Notes: generated by a model from the letters alone, not told the origin. A stretch of DNA of 64,000 nucleotides from Marinilabiliaceae bacterium (GCA_036350795.1 JAZBNV010000137.1:24302-88301), one strand, 5' to 3'. Positions 46,161 through 56,857 are shown, counted from the first letter of the stretch. A program made the numbers and translations.

Positions 46161-46168
46161 CAAATTTA
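46161..46168 (-). promoter_or_regulatory. candidate -7 promoter box for atpDC
   Basis: The plus strand reads CAAATTTA, which is TAAATTTG on the minus strand (TAnnTTTG). It lies 27 nt upstream of the atpD ATG. Confidence 0.35.
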
Positions 46169-46317
46169 ACAAAATTTACTATTATGAGCCTCCCGTACGG
46201 ACATTAAATAAGCCTGTGTTATCCATGAATAATTCATTAATTAATTATCTGAAGGCTTTGTTTATAATAACTTTACTTAGTAAATTTGATTTAATAGAAA
46301 TTGTAAAACCTTATCTT

Positions 46318-46923
46318 ATGAAAAAAACCCTTATTACACTTTTCCTGGCGATGTTTTTATTACCTGCCACTTATGCACAATTTACCAAGATTGGAGCAGC
46401 CACAGGCTATAATTACAATTATCATTTTAATAATGAGCAGTTTTCTGACCACCTTTTAACAAAATTTCCCTTTATTTCACTGAATGCCATCTACGAGGTA
46501 AATCTTCCCTTCCACCTGGTCCCGAGATTCACCTTCTATATACCCAACGTTTATAAGGAGGACATTATTGATTACCAGTTCAAATATGTAACCAGCGGAT
46601 TTGCATTTGACGTTGACGCTCACTATGTATTTAATTCGCTCGATAAAATGGAGTTATACGGGCTGGCGGGTATTAATATTCTTTATTCTCATCGCAAATA
46701 TGTCGAAGAAATTGTAGGGGCTGATACTTTTGTTGATAAAACAAGCAACACCGGGCTCGGGCTTAATATAGGTGCCGGAGCGTACTGGAAGGTGAAGGAC
46801 GAGTTTGACCTGACCTTCGAATTAAAAGCAATTATTGCCTCCCAGATACAGCTTGTAGGTACTTTTGGCATATTGCTTAATATGGAATATTTGTGGAGCA
46901 AGGAGGAAGGTTCGGGCTACTAA
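46318..46923 (+). CDS. outer-membrane beta-barrel-like protein
   Basis: I prefer the ATG at 46318 (MKKTLITLFLAMFLLPATYAQ signal peptide). Alternating-hydrophobicity strands and an aromatic-rich C-terminus. Confidence 0.5.
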   Translation: MKKTLITLFLAMFLLPATYAQFTKIGAATGYNYNYHFNNEQFSDHLLTKFPFISLNAIYEVNLPFHLVPRFTFYIPNVYKEDIIDYQFKYVTSGFAFDVDAHYVFNSLDKMELYGLAGINILYSHRKYVEEIVGADTFVDKTSNTGLGLNIGAGAYWKVKDEFDLTFELKAIIASQIQLVGTFGILLNMEYLWSKEEGSGY

Positions 46924-47894
46924 CGTGTTCGGCCAACAAGCATGGCTGCAAGCTCCTGGAGCGGCTCTTTTCTTGAGGGTGAAATAACTACTGAGTCGAG
47001 AGAAATATAGGCCCTGTCGATATACTGACGGGCCAGGTTTTCAGCCCATGATTTTATTTCCAGGTCGTTATATATATCTATAACGGCCTTAATTTTTTCC
47101 TCTCCGCTGATTTCCCTGGTGGAAACCAATTCCTGCAGTTTTTTCAATGTTGCCCCCGAAGCAAGTTCAAAAGCTTTTATAAGCAATAATGTTTTCTTAT
47201 TTGCAACAATATCTCCTCCTATTTTCTTACCGAAAACCGAAGGATCGCCAAATGAATCGAGTATATCATCCTGGACCTGGAATGCCAGCCCCAGGTTAAG
47301 CCCGAAGGAGGACAGCAGGTCGCAATCTATGCTGCCCGCGCCACCAATAAGGGCTCCAATTCTTAGTGAGCCGGCAATCAGTACGGCTGTCTTAAGCTCA
47401 ACCATCCTGAGGTACTGCTCATGACTCACATAGGGAGTAGACTCAAAATCCATATCCAGCTGCTGACCAATACAGACTTCCCGGGCAAGCCTGTTATATG
47501 TTTTAAATACCGCGGGCATTGCACTGGCCGGAGCCTGTGCAATAAGTTCGTTAGCCACAAATACCATTACATCTCCCGAAAGAATGGCCTGGTTTGCTCC
47601 ATATTTTGTATGAACCGTTTCTGATCCTCTGCGCAGGGCCGAATTATCCATAATATCATCATGTACAAGTGTGAAATTATGGAATACCTCCAGGCCAATG
47701 GCGGGCTTAATGGCATGATCAATTATATCGCTGAAGAGGTTACAGGCCATCAGGGTCATAAGCGGTCTCAGCCTTTTTCCTCCCAGTGAAAGAATATACC
47801 TAACAGGGTCGTAGAGGCGTTCGGAATCAGTTTCATAACTGATATTGGCTATTGCCTTATTGACAATTGATTTTAGTTCTTCGAGGGTATACAT
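46920..47894 (-). CDS. polyprenyl diphosphate synthase (trans-isoprenyl type)
   Basis: First and second Asp-rich motifs LVHDDIMD and QVQDDILD. I prefer the ATG at 47894, immediately after the atpG stop. Confidence 0.9.
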   Translation of the reverse strand: MYTLEELKSIVNKAIANISYETDSERLYDPVRYILSLGGKRLRPLMTLMACNLFSDIIDHAIKPAIGLEVFHNFTLVHDDIMDNSALRRGSETVHTKYGANQAILSGDVMVFVANELIAQAPASAMPAVFKTYNRLAREVCIGQQLDMDFESTPYVSHEQYLRMVELKTAVLIAGSLRIGALIGGAGSIDCDLLSSFGLNLGLAFQVQDDILDSFGDPSVFGKKIGGDIVANKKTLLLIKAFELASGATLKKLQELVSTREISGEEKIKAVIDIYNDLEIKSWAENLARQYIDRAYISLDSVVISPSRKEPLQELAAMLVGRTR

Positions 47895-47895
47895 A

Positions 47896-48777
47896 CTAAG
47901 CTTTGAGGGCTTCAGCTCCACTTACAACCTCCAGGATTTCGCTGGTTATGGATGCCTGGCGCGCTTTATTATATTCAAGGGTAAGATCGCGTATCAGCTC
48001 GCTTGCATTGTCTGTGGCCATATGCATGGCGGTCATCCTTGCTCCATGTTCGGCAACATAGGAATCAAGGATAATCCTGTAAAATTCGATCTTAAGTGTT
48101 TTGGGTATCAGCTCTTCAATAATTTCCTTCCTGCCCGGTTCGTAGATATAATCGCTTACAACTGAAGTTTCTTCTTCATCTTTGGTTTCGACCGGTAAGA
48201 ATGTTTCGTTTGTAAGAATTTGTACAGCGGCATTCTTAAACTGGTTATAAACAAACTCAACCCTGTCGTATTTTCCCGCAAGAAAACTATCCATAACCTC
48301 TGATGCTATTAAATTTACATTATCAAAGCTCAGATCATCAAAAATTGTACTTCTGTTGTCGGCCAGGCCATAGGGACTTTTCCTGAAGTAGTCAGCTCCC
48401 TTTTTACCTATAGCCATAATGTGAAGTGTCTTCGCCAATGCCTGCTTCGAATATTTTCCTTTAATTATGCGTACTGTTTCCTTAATTACATTTGAATTAA
48501 AGGCCCCGCATAATCCCCTGTTAGAGGTAACAACAATAAGAAGAATATTTTCGGGCTCCGAAACCCTGGAAAATGAGCCCGCACTATCAGTATCTTCAAT
48601 CCTGGCACTTATCCCCAGCAATATTTCATGAAGTTTCCCGGCATAGGGTCTCAACCTGAGTATTTTGTCCTGTGCTTTTCTCAGTTTTGCAGCAGCAACC
48701 ATCTTCATGGCAGCGGTGATCTGCCTTGTCGATTTTACCGAATTCAGCCTTGTCCGTATTTCCTTAAGGTTTGCCAT
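47896..48777 (-). CDS. atpG: F0F1 ATP synthase subunit gamma
   Basis: N-terminal MANLKEIRTRLNSVKSTRQITAAMKMVAAAKLRKAQ and a C-terminal ITSEILEVVSGAEAL. Confidence 0.95.
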   Translation of the reverse strand: MANLKEIRTRLNSVKSTRQITAAMKMVAAAKLRKAQDKILRLRPYAGKLHEILLGISARIEDTDSAGSFSRVSEPENILLIVVTSNRGLCGAFNSNVIKETVRIIKGKYSKQALAKTLHIMAIGKKGADYFRKSPYGLADNRSTIFDDLSFDNVNLIASEVMDSFLAGKYDRVEFVYNQFKNAAVQILTNETFLPVETKDEEETSVVSDYIYEPGRKEIIEELIPKTLKIEFYRIILDSYVAEHGARMTAMHMATDNASELIRDLTLEYNKARQASITSEILEVVSGAEALKA

Positions 48778-48796
48778 TCTCTACCTTTCTGCTATA

Positions 48797-50380
48797 CTAA
48801 TCCTGCTCGTATTTTGCAGCAATATCTGCAGCAACTTTTTCAAGTGTCCCTGTTACAGAATCATCAATTACACCACTTCTGAGAGTCTCCAGCACATCCC
48901 TGTGCTTAAGATCCAGAAACTCTATAAAATCTCTTTCGAACTCACGAATTTTGTTTACAGGCACATTCTTAAGCAAGGCTTTTGTACCACAGTATATTAT
49001 TGCAATCTGTTTTTCGACCGGTATTGGCTGGTACTGCCCCTGTTTCAGGATTTCAACGTTCCTGGCACCCTTGCTCAGGGTAGATCGTGTTGAGGCATCG
49101 AGGTCGGAACCAAATTTTGAGAAGGCCTCCAGTTCCCTGTACTGCGCCTGGTCGGTTTTTAGTGTACCTGCAACTTTTTTCATCGATTTAATCTGGGCAT
49201 TTCCACCAACCCTGGAAACTGAAATACCAACATTTATGGCAGGTCTTACCCCGGCGTTAAACAGGTCTGACTCCAGGAATATCTGGCCATCGGTAATTGA
49301 GATAACATTGGTAGGGATATATGCCGAAACATCACCTGCCTGGGTTTCAATAATTGGCAATGCGGTCAGAGAACCTCCACCCTTAACTTTGTCTCTGATG
49401 GACTCGGGCAGATCGTTCATTTTTTGTGCCACCTCATCCGATTCTATAATCTTGGCAGCCCTTTCAAGCAGTCTTGAATGCAGGTAAAACACATCACCCG
49501 GATATGCTTCGCGTCCCGGGGGACGGCGCAGAAGCAGGGATACTTCCCTGTATGAAACTGCCTGTTTTGAAAGATCATCATATATTATCAGTGCATCACG
49601 TCCTGTATCGCGAAAGAATTCCCCGATAGCTGCACCGGCAAAAGGAGCATAAAACTGTGAAGCCGCAGGATCTGCTGCAGTTGATGAAACTATGGTTGTA
49701 TACTCCATGGCACCGTGTTCTTCGAGTATGGCTGCAATATTTGCCACGGTAGAGCCCTTTTGCCCGATTGCCACGTAAATACAATAAACGGGTTCGCCTT
49801 TTTCGTAATTAGGTTTCTGGTTAATTATTGTATCTATGGCAATAGCTGTTTTCCCGGTCTGGCGGTCACCTATTATTAACTCCCTCTGTCCCCTTCCGAT
49901 AGGGATCATGGCATCGATTGGTTTCAGTCCTGTCTGAAGAGGTTGTTTTACCGGCTGGCGGAAAATAACGCCCGGGGCTTTCCTTTCAAATGGCATTTCG
50001 AACAATTCTCCCTCGATTGCTCCCCTGCCATCGATCGGGTTACCTGTAGTATCTATTACTCTTCCCAGCAATCCTTCTCCAACCATTATTGAAGCAATTC
50101 TGCTTGTACGCCTGGCTAGACTTCCTTCTGTAATCCCTGCCGATGATCCAAGCAGTACAGCTCCTACGTTATCTGCTTCAAGGTTAAGTACAATTGCCTG
50201 TACGCCATTTTCAAATTCTATAAGCTCGTTTGACTGTACGTTCGACAATCCATACAGGCGCACAATACCATCGCCAATCTGCAATACGGATCCTACTTCG
50301 TCAAGCGATGCTCCTGTATGGAGGCCTTCGAGTTGTTGTTTGAGTATCTCAGATACTTCTGCCGGATTAATACTTGCCAT
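48797..50380 (-). CDS. atpA: F0F1 ATP synthase subunit alpha
   Basis: Walker A GDRQTGKT. 527 aa. Confidence 0.97.
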   Translation of the reverse strand: MASINPAEVSEILKQQLEGLHTGASLDEVGSVLQIGDGIVRLYGLSNVQSNELIEFENGVQAIVLNLEADNVGAVLLGSSAGITEGSLARRTSRIASIMVGEGLLGRVIDTTGNPIDGRGAIEGELFEMPFERKAPGVIFRQPVKQPLQTGLKPIDAMIPIGRGQRELIIGDRQTGKTAIAIDTIINQKPNYEKGEPVYCIYVAIGQKGSTVANIAAILEEHGAMEYTTIVSSTAADPAASQFYAPFAGAAIGEFFRDTGRDALIIYDDLSKQAVSYREVSLLLRRPPGREAYPGDVFYLHSRLLERAAKIIESDEVAQKMNDLPESIRDKVKGGGSLTALPIIETQAGDVSAYIPTNVISITDGQIFLESDLFNAGVRPAINVGISVSRVGGNAQIKSMKKVAGTLKTDQAQYRELEAFSKFGSDLDASTRSTLSKGARNVEILKQGQYQPIPVEKQIAIIYCGTKALLKNVPVNKIREFERDFIEFLDLKHRDVLETLRSGVIDDSVTGTLEKVAADIAAKYEQD

Positions 50381-50427
50381 ATGTTTTAAACTCTTACCCT
50401 GACCCTCAGGTCAGTATTATTCGTGTT

Positions 50428-50970
50428 TTACTTTATTTCTTTCTTAAGTTCTTTCTTAATTTTTCTGAGCTGACTTTTTACGCTTCCGTCGATAAATTTA
50501 TCCTCAACAAGAAGCATAAAACCACCTGTAAGATCAGGGTCAACAAGCTCTTCCATATCAACAGAGGTTGAGAAGCTTTTCTCAATTAATTCCCTTATTC
50601 TACCTCTTAACTCTTCGCCCGGCGGCACAGCAGTGGTAAGTTTCGCCCTGGTAATACCATTATGCCTGTTTGCTGCCTCTATATAGCTTCTTGCAATGGA
50701 CGGTAGATACATCTCCCTGTTATTGCCAACACATAATAATACCAGGTTGAGGCTGAGTGATGACACTTTTTCCCTCAGCAGGGCTGACAGGGCACTTTTC
50801 TTGACTTTATTTTTAATTACAGGACTTTCCAGCATATCCCTTACATCGGGGATCGATGATAGTCCCAGGATATAGTCCATATCTTTTTTGACTGTATCTA
50901 TTACAGACTTCTCTTTTGCAGATTGAAAAAGAGCCCTGGCATATCTTACTGAAATAATTCCTTCGTTCAT
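50428..50970 (-). CDS. atpH: F0F1 ATP synthase subunit delta (OSCP)
   Basis: 180 aa with an N-terminal ISVRYARALF. Positioned between atpF and atpA. Confidence 0.85.
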   Translation of the reverse strand: MNEGIISVRYARALFQSAKEKSVIDTVKKDMDYILGLSSIPDVRDMLESPVIKNKVKKSALSALLREKVSSLSLNLVLLCVGNNREMYLPSIARSYIEAANRHNGITRAKLTTAVPPGEELRGRIRELIEKSFSTSVDMEELVDPDLTGGFMLLVEDKFIDGSVKSQLRKIKKELKKEIK

Positions 50971-50978
50971 ACTTTTCC

Positions 50979-51491
50979 TCAGTTCTTTTTCAGATCCAGA
51001 TCATCGAGCATATTGTTAATAAGCCTGTCCTGGTCTGTTCCTCCCTTAAGGTTCTCCTTCAGGATTTTCTCTGCTATTGCCACAGACAGTTCGGCCACCT
51101 GTCCCTTTATTTCAAGCAGTGCAGATTGCTTCTCCTTTTCTATCCCAAGACGTGCTTTTTCAACAATCTTATCTGCTTCGGCCTTTGCCTGGTTCCTGGC
51201 TTCGCCTATCATAATATCACGGGCTTCGCGTGCTTCTTTCAGCAAGAGGTCTCGTTCCCTGCGTGCTTCCTTAATTATAGCCTCATTATCTGCCTTCAGA
51301 CGCTCCATTTCGTCCCTTGCCTCATCTGCTGCCTCGAGCGAGCTTCGTATAGACTCATTCCTTGCCTTTATAGAACCAAGTATCTGCTTCCAGGCAAATA
51401 CCCTGAGAAGAACAAGCAAAAGTCCAAAAATAAAAGTTGCCCATATAATTGTTCCGAGAGCAGGAGTTGTAAGATTACTTGCTAGTATCAT
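50979..51491 (-). CDS. atpF: F0F1 ATP synthase subunit b
   Basis: Single N-terminal TM helix followed by a long charged helix. Position in operon fits. Confidence 0.85.
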   Translation of the reverse strand: MILASNLTTPALGTIIWATFIFGLLLVLLRVFAWKQILGSIKARNESIRSSLEAADEARDEMERLKADNEAIIKEARRERDLLLKEAREARDIMIGEARNQAKAEADKIVEKARLGIEKEKQSALLEIKGQVAELSVAIAEKILKENLKGGTDQDRLINNMLDDLDLKKN

Positions 51492-51525
51492 AATTATTTT
51501 CTTTTCTGTTCATTATCAGAAGCCT

Positions 51526-51546
51526 GGTGCAGCCAAGCGCTGCACC
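51526..51546 (-). other. intercistronic stem-loop between atpE and atpF
   Basis: GGTGCAGC-CAAGC-GCTGCACC, an 8-bp GC-rich stem 13 nt after the atpE stop. No U-run follows it. Confidence 0.5.
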
Positions 51547-51558
51547 TCTCCTGATTTC

Positions 51559-51777
<219 letters not shown>

Positions 51778-51797
51778 TTAATTTGACATTATATAGA

Positions 51798-52907
51798 TTA
51801 ATGATGTTCGTCCTGCACTGCCAGCCCGATAAAGAGGGCCGACAAAAGGGTAAATACATATGCCTGCAGGAAGGCCACCAGTATTTCAAGGCAGTCCATA
51901 AAAAGGACAAATAATATTGATACCGGTGCAACTGCAAGCGATTTAAAAATAAATATCAGGCTGATCAGGCTTAATACAATAATATGCCCTGCGGTAATAT
52001 TTGCAAATAGTCGGATCATCAGGGCAAAAGGTTTTGCAATTACTCCTATCAGCTCCACTATAGGCATCAGGGGTATAGGCAGTTTCAGCCACCATGGCAC
52101 CCCGGGTGTATTAAATATATGTTTCCAGTAGCCTTTATTACCACTGAAGTTTGTTATTATTGCTGTAAATGCCGCCAGGGTAAAGGTTACGGCAATATTA
52201 CCCGTCACATTGGCTCCTCCGGGGAAGAAGGGAACCAGTCCCATCAGGTTATTTATAAGAATAAAGAAAAATGCTGTAAGAAGGTAGGGTACATACTTCT
52301 CATATTTATCTTCCCCTATATTAGGGATGGCAATATCGTCCCTTACAAAAAGAACCACAGGTTCAAGAAAACCCTGGATACCTTTGGGCTCACTTATACC
52401 GGTTTTTTTATACGACCTTGCAAGACCTATAAACAGCCATAAAATAATAATGGCAGAAATAAGCATTGCAAACACATTCTTGGTAATTGAGAGATCTAGC
52501 GGGAAATTTTCCTCTATCAGATTACCTTCCTCGTCAATTTTTGCAATACGTCCTTTATTATCGCCTTCATCAATAATTTTATAGCCTTCATGCACATGAC
52601 CATGAGCCAGCTTTTTTGAAGAAAATACAGATATTCCCCTGTCCCTGGAATACAAAATCACCGGCAGGTATACGCTTACATGATGCCCGTGCTTATCGGT
52701 ATAGATATGCCACTCGTGCGAATCGGCAATATGCTCCATAATAAAGCTTGCCGGATCAAATTCTTCGCTATCTTCATGACTCTGGGATGCTGCATCATGC
52801 TCCCCTGCGTTATGCTCCTGGTTTTCCTGTGCAAAGGATTTCTGGCTGAGAGATACCAGGATGGCAAAAATCGAAATAAACGATATGATAATTGTTCTTA
52901 CTTTCAA
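51798..52907 (-). CDS. atpB: F0F1 ATP synthase subunit a (long N-terminal form)
   Basis: Conserved arginine helix MIRLFANITAGH. 369 aa with a His/Glu-rich N-terminal extension. Confidence 0.9.
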   Translation of the reverse strand: MKVRTIIISFISIFAILVSLSQKSFAQENQEHNAGEHDAASQSHEDSEEFDPASFIMEHIADSHEWHIYTDKHGHHVSVYLPVILYSRDRGISVFSSKKLAHGHVHEGYKIIDEGDNKGRIAKIDEEGNLIEENFPLDLSITKNVFAMLISAIIILWLFIGLARSYKKTGISEPKGIQGFLEPVVLFVRDDIAIPNIGEDKYEKYVPYLLTAFFFILINNLMGLVPFFPGGANVTGNIAVTFTLAAFTAIITNFSGNKGYWKHIFNTPGVPWWLKLPIPLMPIVELIGVIAKPFALMIRLFANITAGHIIVLSLISLIFIFKSLAVAPVSILFVLFMDCLEILVAFLQAYVFTLLSALFIGLAVQDEHH

Positions 52908-53305
52908 TTCTGATCGTTTTTTAGTGATCTGATTTTCAGAGTATTGACCACAACAGTCACAGTATAAACCGCGAAGGTTAAATATAGCACAAAAAACAAT
53001 ACTATATTATTCATTCCGTATTTTTTAAATCCCTTAAAATATACTATTGCAAGTATGGCAGACAGTATAAATTTGAGTCCTATTGCGGCCAGTGAAAAAA
53101 CTGCCTGCGAATCCGGGGGACGTTTTTCTGCGGCATAAATCAACGAAAAAACCGAAACTGCGATTACAAACATTGACACCAGCATTACAGCAAGTGATTC
53201 GCGGTCGACTGATCCAGGGTAGAGTTTACTTAAAATAACACCTGCAATAGCAAGTATAAGGCTTAGTATACCGGTATTTATTGTCCTTTTTAGCAGGTGG
53301 TTCAT
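52904..53305 (-). CDS. small polytopic membrane protein upstream of atpB (possible ATP synthase accessory/AtpI-like)
   Basis: 133 aa with about 4 TM helices and a 4-nt overlap with atpB. The function is inferred from position only. Confidence 0.45.
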   Translation of the reverse strand: MNHLLKRTINTGILSLILAIAGVILSKLYPGSVDRESLAVMLVSMFVIAVSVFSLIYAAEKRPPDSQAVFSLAAIGLKFILSAILAIVYFKGFKKYGMNNIVLFFVLYLTFAVYTVTVVVNTLKIRSLKNDQN

Positions 53306-53307
53306 TA

Positions 53308-53577
53308 CTATTTCTTTATAAAATCCTTAATTGCTGTGTAGATACCGGCAAAAACACCCAGAAGCGAAAGTACAATAGTAAAAACCGGGGTCTCAGAGTC
53401 TCTTCTTGCGTCGAGCTTGACTCCGGCAAGTGTCATTATCAGTATAATAGCCACCATCTGTATGGCTATTCCTGAATAACGTGCAAAACTGTTAAGAGAG
53501 TCGTCTTTATCCGACTTTTGTTTCTTCTGGTTTTGCCTCGGGCTTTTCTGTTTTGATTTTGGGCTCATTACCGTCAC
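53308..53577 (-). CDS. AtpZ/AtpI-family small membrane protein
   Basis: Basic N-terminal tail, then ARYSGIAIQMVAIILIMTLAG and a second TM helix. Typical of AtpZ. The start (53577 or 53568) overlaps the bactofilin 3' end. Confidence 0.6.
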   Translation of the reverse strand: MTVMSPKSKQKSPRQNQKKQKSDKDDSLNSFARYSGIAIQMVAIILIMTLAGVKLDARRDSETPVFTIVLSLLGVFAGIYTAIKDFIKK

Positions 53578-53911
53578 TCATATTACAGTTACCTGTAAAC
53601 CTTGCTCCTGGTTCGATAGAGAGCTTATTGGTAATAATGTCTCCGTTAATTGCTGATGCTGTCTTTAGAGTAAGTAACTCGCTTACATTAATTTTACCTT
53701 CAATAAGGCCGGAAACTTCTGAATTTTTACAACTTACTTCACCTTTAACTTTCCCTGTAGAACCAACAACAACCTTTCCTGAAGTGAACAGGTTACCAAT
53801 CAATACACCATCAATCCTGATGTCTCCCTGCGATCTTACATCACCGGTGATCTCCGTTCCGTTACTTATCAGGTTTATGGTTGTGCTTTCTGTCTCGTTC
53901 AACTTTGCCAT
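53507..53911 (-). CDS. bactofilin-family polymer-forming cytoskeletal protein
   Basis: Repetitive beta-helix pattern (TGDVRSQGDIRIDGVLIGNL..GKVVVGSTGKVKGEVSCKNSEVSGLIEGKI...NGDIITNKLSIEPGARFTGNC). Confidence 0.85.
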   Translation of the reverse strand: MAKLNETESTTINLISNGTEITGDVRSQGDIRIDGVLIGNLFTSGKVVVGSTGKVKGEVSCKNSEVSGLIEGKINVSELLTLKTASAINGDIITNKLSIEPGARFTGNCNMSDGNEPKIKTEKPEAKPEETKVG

Positions 53912-53939
53912 AATTCCTCTTCTTTATAAAAATATCTAC

Positions 53940-53947
53940 CAAAGATA
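53940..53947 (-). promoter_or_regulatory. candidate -7 promoter box for the bactofilin-atp operon
   Basis: The plus strand reads CAAAGATA, which is TATCTTTG on the minus strand. It lies 28 nt upstream of the bactofilin ATG. Confidence 0.35.
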
Positions 53948-53978
53948 GAAACTATTGTGTAATAGATTTCTATTTTTT

Positions 53979-54977
53979 TTATTTTGGGTCAAGCGACCAT
54001 CTCAGATATACCGCACCCCATGTAAATCCGCCTCCAAAAGCTGCCAGGATAAGATTATCTCCTTTTCTTAACCTGCTTTCATAATCCCTGAGGCAGAGAG
54101 GTATAGTTGCATCTGTTGTATTGCCGTAATTTTCAATATTTACCATTACCTTTTCCGGAGGAAGACCCATTCTTCTGCCGGTTGCGTCAATAATCCTGAG
54201 GTTTGCCTGGTGGGGAACAAGCCAGTCGACATCGTTGGAGCTAAGACCATTTCTTTCCATAATCTCCACTGCAACATCTGCCATCCTGGAAACAGCAAAC
54301 TTAAAAACTGTTTGGCCTTCCTGGTACACAAAGTGCTCTCTTGCATCAATAGTGGCATGGCTCGAAGGACGTCTTGAGCCTCCTGCCTTCATGTGCAGGT
54401 AATGTCTTCCTGATCCGTCTGTTCTGTAAATATGGTCTATAAGACCGGTATCATCATCAGAAGCTTCAATCAGTACTGCCCCTGCAGCATCACCAAAGAG
54501 CGGACAGGTAGTACGATCGGTATAATCTGTAATAGACGACATTTTGTCTGCACCAACAAGTATAGCCTTCTTATATCTTCCGCTTTCGATATAATTTGCG
54601 ACTGTCTGAAGTGCAAAAAGAAAACCAGAACAGGCTGCATTAATGTCAAAAGCAAAGGCATTTTTTATGCCTGCCTTATCACAGATAATATTCGAGGTGG
54701 CCGGGAACAGCATGTCGGGAGTAACCGTGGCGCATACCAGAAGATCAATTTCATCGGGCGATGTTCCTGTCTTTGCAAGCAGCCCCTCAACTGCTTTGGC
54801 TCCCATTACCGAGGTACCCTGGTTCTCTCCTTTCAGAATCCGGCGCTCCCTTATTCCCACCCTCTGCATTATCCACTCGTCGGAAGTATCAACCATAGTT
54901 GCCAGTTCGTGATTGGTAAGCCGGTATTCAGGTGTCCAGGCATATATCCCCTTAATTGCTGCTGTAATTTTTTCCAT
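53979..54977 (-). CDS. fabH: 3-oxoacyl-ACP synthase III (housekeeping)
   Basis: NAACSGF (Cys), VPHQANLRI (His), [10 protein letters not shown] (Asn) and a C-terminal GGGFTWGA. Lies in the conserved rpmF-plsX-fabH context. Confidence 0.95.
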   Translation of the reverse strand: MEKITAAIKGIYAWTPEYRLTNHELATMVDTSDEWIMQRVGIRERRILKGENQGTSVMGAKAVEGLLAKTGTSPDEIDLLVCATVTPDMLFPATSNIICDKAGIKNAFAFDINAACSGFLFALQTVANYIESGRYKKAILVGADKMSSITDYTDRTTCPLFGDAAGAVLIEASDDDTGLIDHIYRTDGSGRHYLHMKAGGSRRPSSHATIDAREHFVYQEGQTVFKFAVSRMADVAVEIMERNGLSSNDVDWLVPHQANLRIIDATGRRMGLPPEKVMVNIENYGNTTDATIPLCLRDYESRLRKGDNLILAAFGGGFTWGAVYLRWSLDPK

Positions 54978-54979
54978 TA

Positions 54980-55918
54980 TTAAATTTCTTCAGATATTTT
55001 TTTAGCCAGGTCGGCCCTGATAACGTCCCTGGTTTGTAGAATCATATTCATAATTGCTTTACGCTTCGACACACCATGCCCTATTACAACATTGGCATTA
55101 ATACCAACAACCGGTGTTCCTCCTATATTTTCAAAGTCGAGTTTGTCAAAAAAGCCATCCTTCAGACCTCTCTCCCTGTAGATTGAATGAAATGCCTCTG
55201 CCTGCTTAATAATTATATTACCGGCAAAACCATCACATACAACAACATCTGTCATCTCTGATGTAAACAGTTCATTTGCTTCTATATTTCCGCAGAAATT
55301 AATATCGGGGTTATCGATCATTAATTCGAAAGCCGATTTTACGGCAGTAGAACCTTTGGTCTCTTCTTTGCCAATATTCAACAGCCCCACCCTGGGCTCG
55401 GGTATACTAAGAACATACTTGGCATATATAGACCCAAGCCTGGCATATTGCAAAAGAACATCGGGCTTGGTGTCAGGATTAAGGCCTACATCCAGGATTA
55501 CCGAGTACCTGCCATCGGTTGAAGGCAGCAGTGTTGCCAGGGCAGGTCTGAAAACCCCTGGTATTACATTTACAGAGTAGGAGGCACCCACAAGCATTGC
55601 CCCGGTATTACCGGCGCTGCAAAAACCACTTATCCTTCCATTTTTAAGTTCATGATAAGCTACTGCGATACTCGAATTCTTTTTCTGTGAAAAAGCTTTT
55701 GCAGGATGTTCGCCCATATGAATAACATCGGCAGCATGGACTATGTCGAATAAATCCATATCTATACCTTCGGAGTGTAATCTTCCTTCAATTACATCCT
55801 TGTCGCCAACAAGCACCATTCTCTCATTTGAGGATAATTGTCCAAGTGCATCTATTGCACCTTCAAGAACAGCACCAGGGGCGTAATCACCTCCCATTAC
55901 GTCTACCCCTATCCTCAT
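54980..55918 (-). CDS. plsX: phosphate acyltransferase PlsX
   Basis: N-terminal [14 protein letters not shown] and the conserved context. Confidence 0.95.
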   Translation of the reverse strand: MRIGVDVMGGDYAPGAVLEGAIDALGQLSSNERMVLVGDKDVIEGRLHSEGIDMDLFDIVHAADVIHMGEHPAKAFSQKKNSSIAVAYHELKNGRISGFCSAGNTGAMLVGASYSVNVIPGVFRPALATLLPSTDGRYSVILDVGLNPDTKPDVLLQYARLGSIYAKYVLSIPEPRVGLLNIGKEETKGSTAVKSAFELMIDNPDINFCGNIEANELFTSEMTDVVVCDGFAGNIIIKQAEAFHSIYRERGLKDGFFDKLDFENIGGTPVVGINANVVIGHGVSKRKAIMNMILQTRDVIRADLAKKISEEI

Positions 55919-55936
55919 ACCATTATATTTGAATAA

Positions 55937-56122
55937 TTAAGCAGAAACTTCCTTCTCTATCGCAAGCTTACCCTTATAATAACCGCATTCAGGACATACC
56001 CTGTGATACTGTACTGTTGCGCCACAATTCGAACATGTTGCCACAGTTGGAGCAGTTGCCTTGTAATGCGTTCTGCGCTTATCCCTTCTCTGCTTTGATG
56101 TTTTTCTTTTTGGATGTGCCAT
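55937..56122 (-). CDS. rpmF: 50S ribosomal protein L32
   Basis: MAHPKRKTSKQRRDKRRTH and zinc-ribbon cysteines CSNCG...CPECG. I prefer the ATG at 56122, not the upstream extension in the track. Confidence 0.9.
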   Translation of the reverse strand: MAHPKRKTSKQRRDKRRTHYKATAPTVATCSNCGATVQYHRVCPECGYYKGKLAIEKEVSA

Positions 56123-56133
56123 TACCTCTATTA

Positions 56134-56661
56134 TTAATTTTTTAGTCCTTCTTTTAATTTCACCAGGTCCTTCCACCTGGGATCAATATTCTCTTCCTTT
56201 TCTGCTGTATGTTTATCAAGTTGTTCCAGCATCTCACTGTTGCAGGTGCTTTCTCCTGATTTATTGTCGGGATGAACCCTCTGCAGCGGGAGTGCCAGGT
56301 GAGCAAATTCATAAATTAGCTGTCCAAGCTCAATATAACTTTCTCCATGTGGAATGCTTAATACCTCATCATCTGCCTCATCCCACTCTTCTCCGAACTT
56401 TACCAGCATGGTGTTTATTACTTCTATTTTTTGCCAGTAATTCTCAAGACACCTGTCGCACAAAATTAAAACATCCCCCCTCAAACTCAACTCAAGTTCC
56501 ATATGAGCTGATCTTTTTACAAGCACTGCTATAACTTTAAGCCTGCTGTCGAGAATTTCTGATTCTTCAAATTCATCAAAAAAATCCCTGTCAATATCAA
56601 AATCAAACTCATGACTCCCCTCTTTCAGGCCGCTTATTGGTATTGAATATATGCCCGACAT
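56134..56661 (-). CDS. yceD: DUF177 (YceD-like) protein
   Basis: Lies upstream of rpmF as in many bacteria. The CDRCLE...C Cys pattern is typical of DUF177. I prefer the ATG at 56661 over the TTG at 56670. Confidence 0.75.
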   Translation of the reverse strand: MSGIYSIPISGLKEGSHEFDFDIDRDFFDEFEESEILDSRLKVIAVLVKRSAHMELELSLRGDVLILCDRCLENYWQKIEVINTMLVKFGEEWDEADDEVLSIPHGESYIELGQLIYEFAHLALPLQRVHPDNKSGESTCNSEMLEQLDKHTAEKEENIDPRWKDLVKLKEGLKN

Positions 56662-56681
56662 CGTTCTCAAAAATTGGTGTG

Positions 56682-56689
56682 CAAAAATA
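56682..56689 (-). promoter_or_regulatory. candidate -7 promoter box for yceD-rpmF-plsX-fabH
   Basis: The plus strand reads CAAAAATA, which is TATTTTTG on the minus strand. It lies 21 nt upstream of the ATG at 56661. Confidence 0.35.
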
Positions 56690-56824
56690 TGAAAGCTATT
56701 TCAATTTTGAAAGGATTTAGGTAAAAAGATGAAAATGAGCAAAGAGCAGCCGACTCAAAACGCAGTTTACCGATAATAAGCTGTCGTTAACCGATTTGAT
56801 GTTTATTGAGCCAGGCCGGAGTGG

Positions 56825-56832
56825 TATTTTTG
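56825..56832 (+). promoter_or_regulatory. candidate -7 promoter box for the LiaF-like/LytS/LytTR operon
   Basis: TATTTTTG lies 25 nt upstream of the ATG at 56858. Confidence 0.35.
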
Positions 56833-56857
56833 AATCAACAAATAAAATCTTTGAGTT

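Noticed and set aside
54432-54983. 183-aa plus-strand ORF opposite fabH; likewise 48951-49487 opposite atpA, 7801-8235 inside the esterase gene, and 33690-34043 across the two mini-lipoprotein genes
   Set aside because: All overlap strongly supported genes in another frame or strand and lack motifs, so I treat them as spurious.
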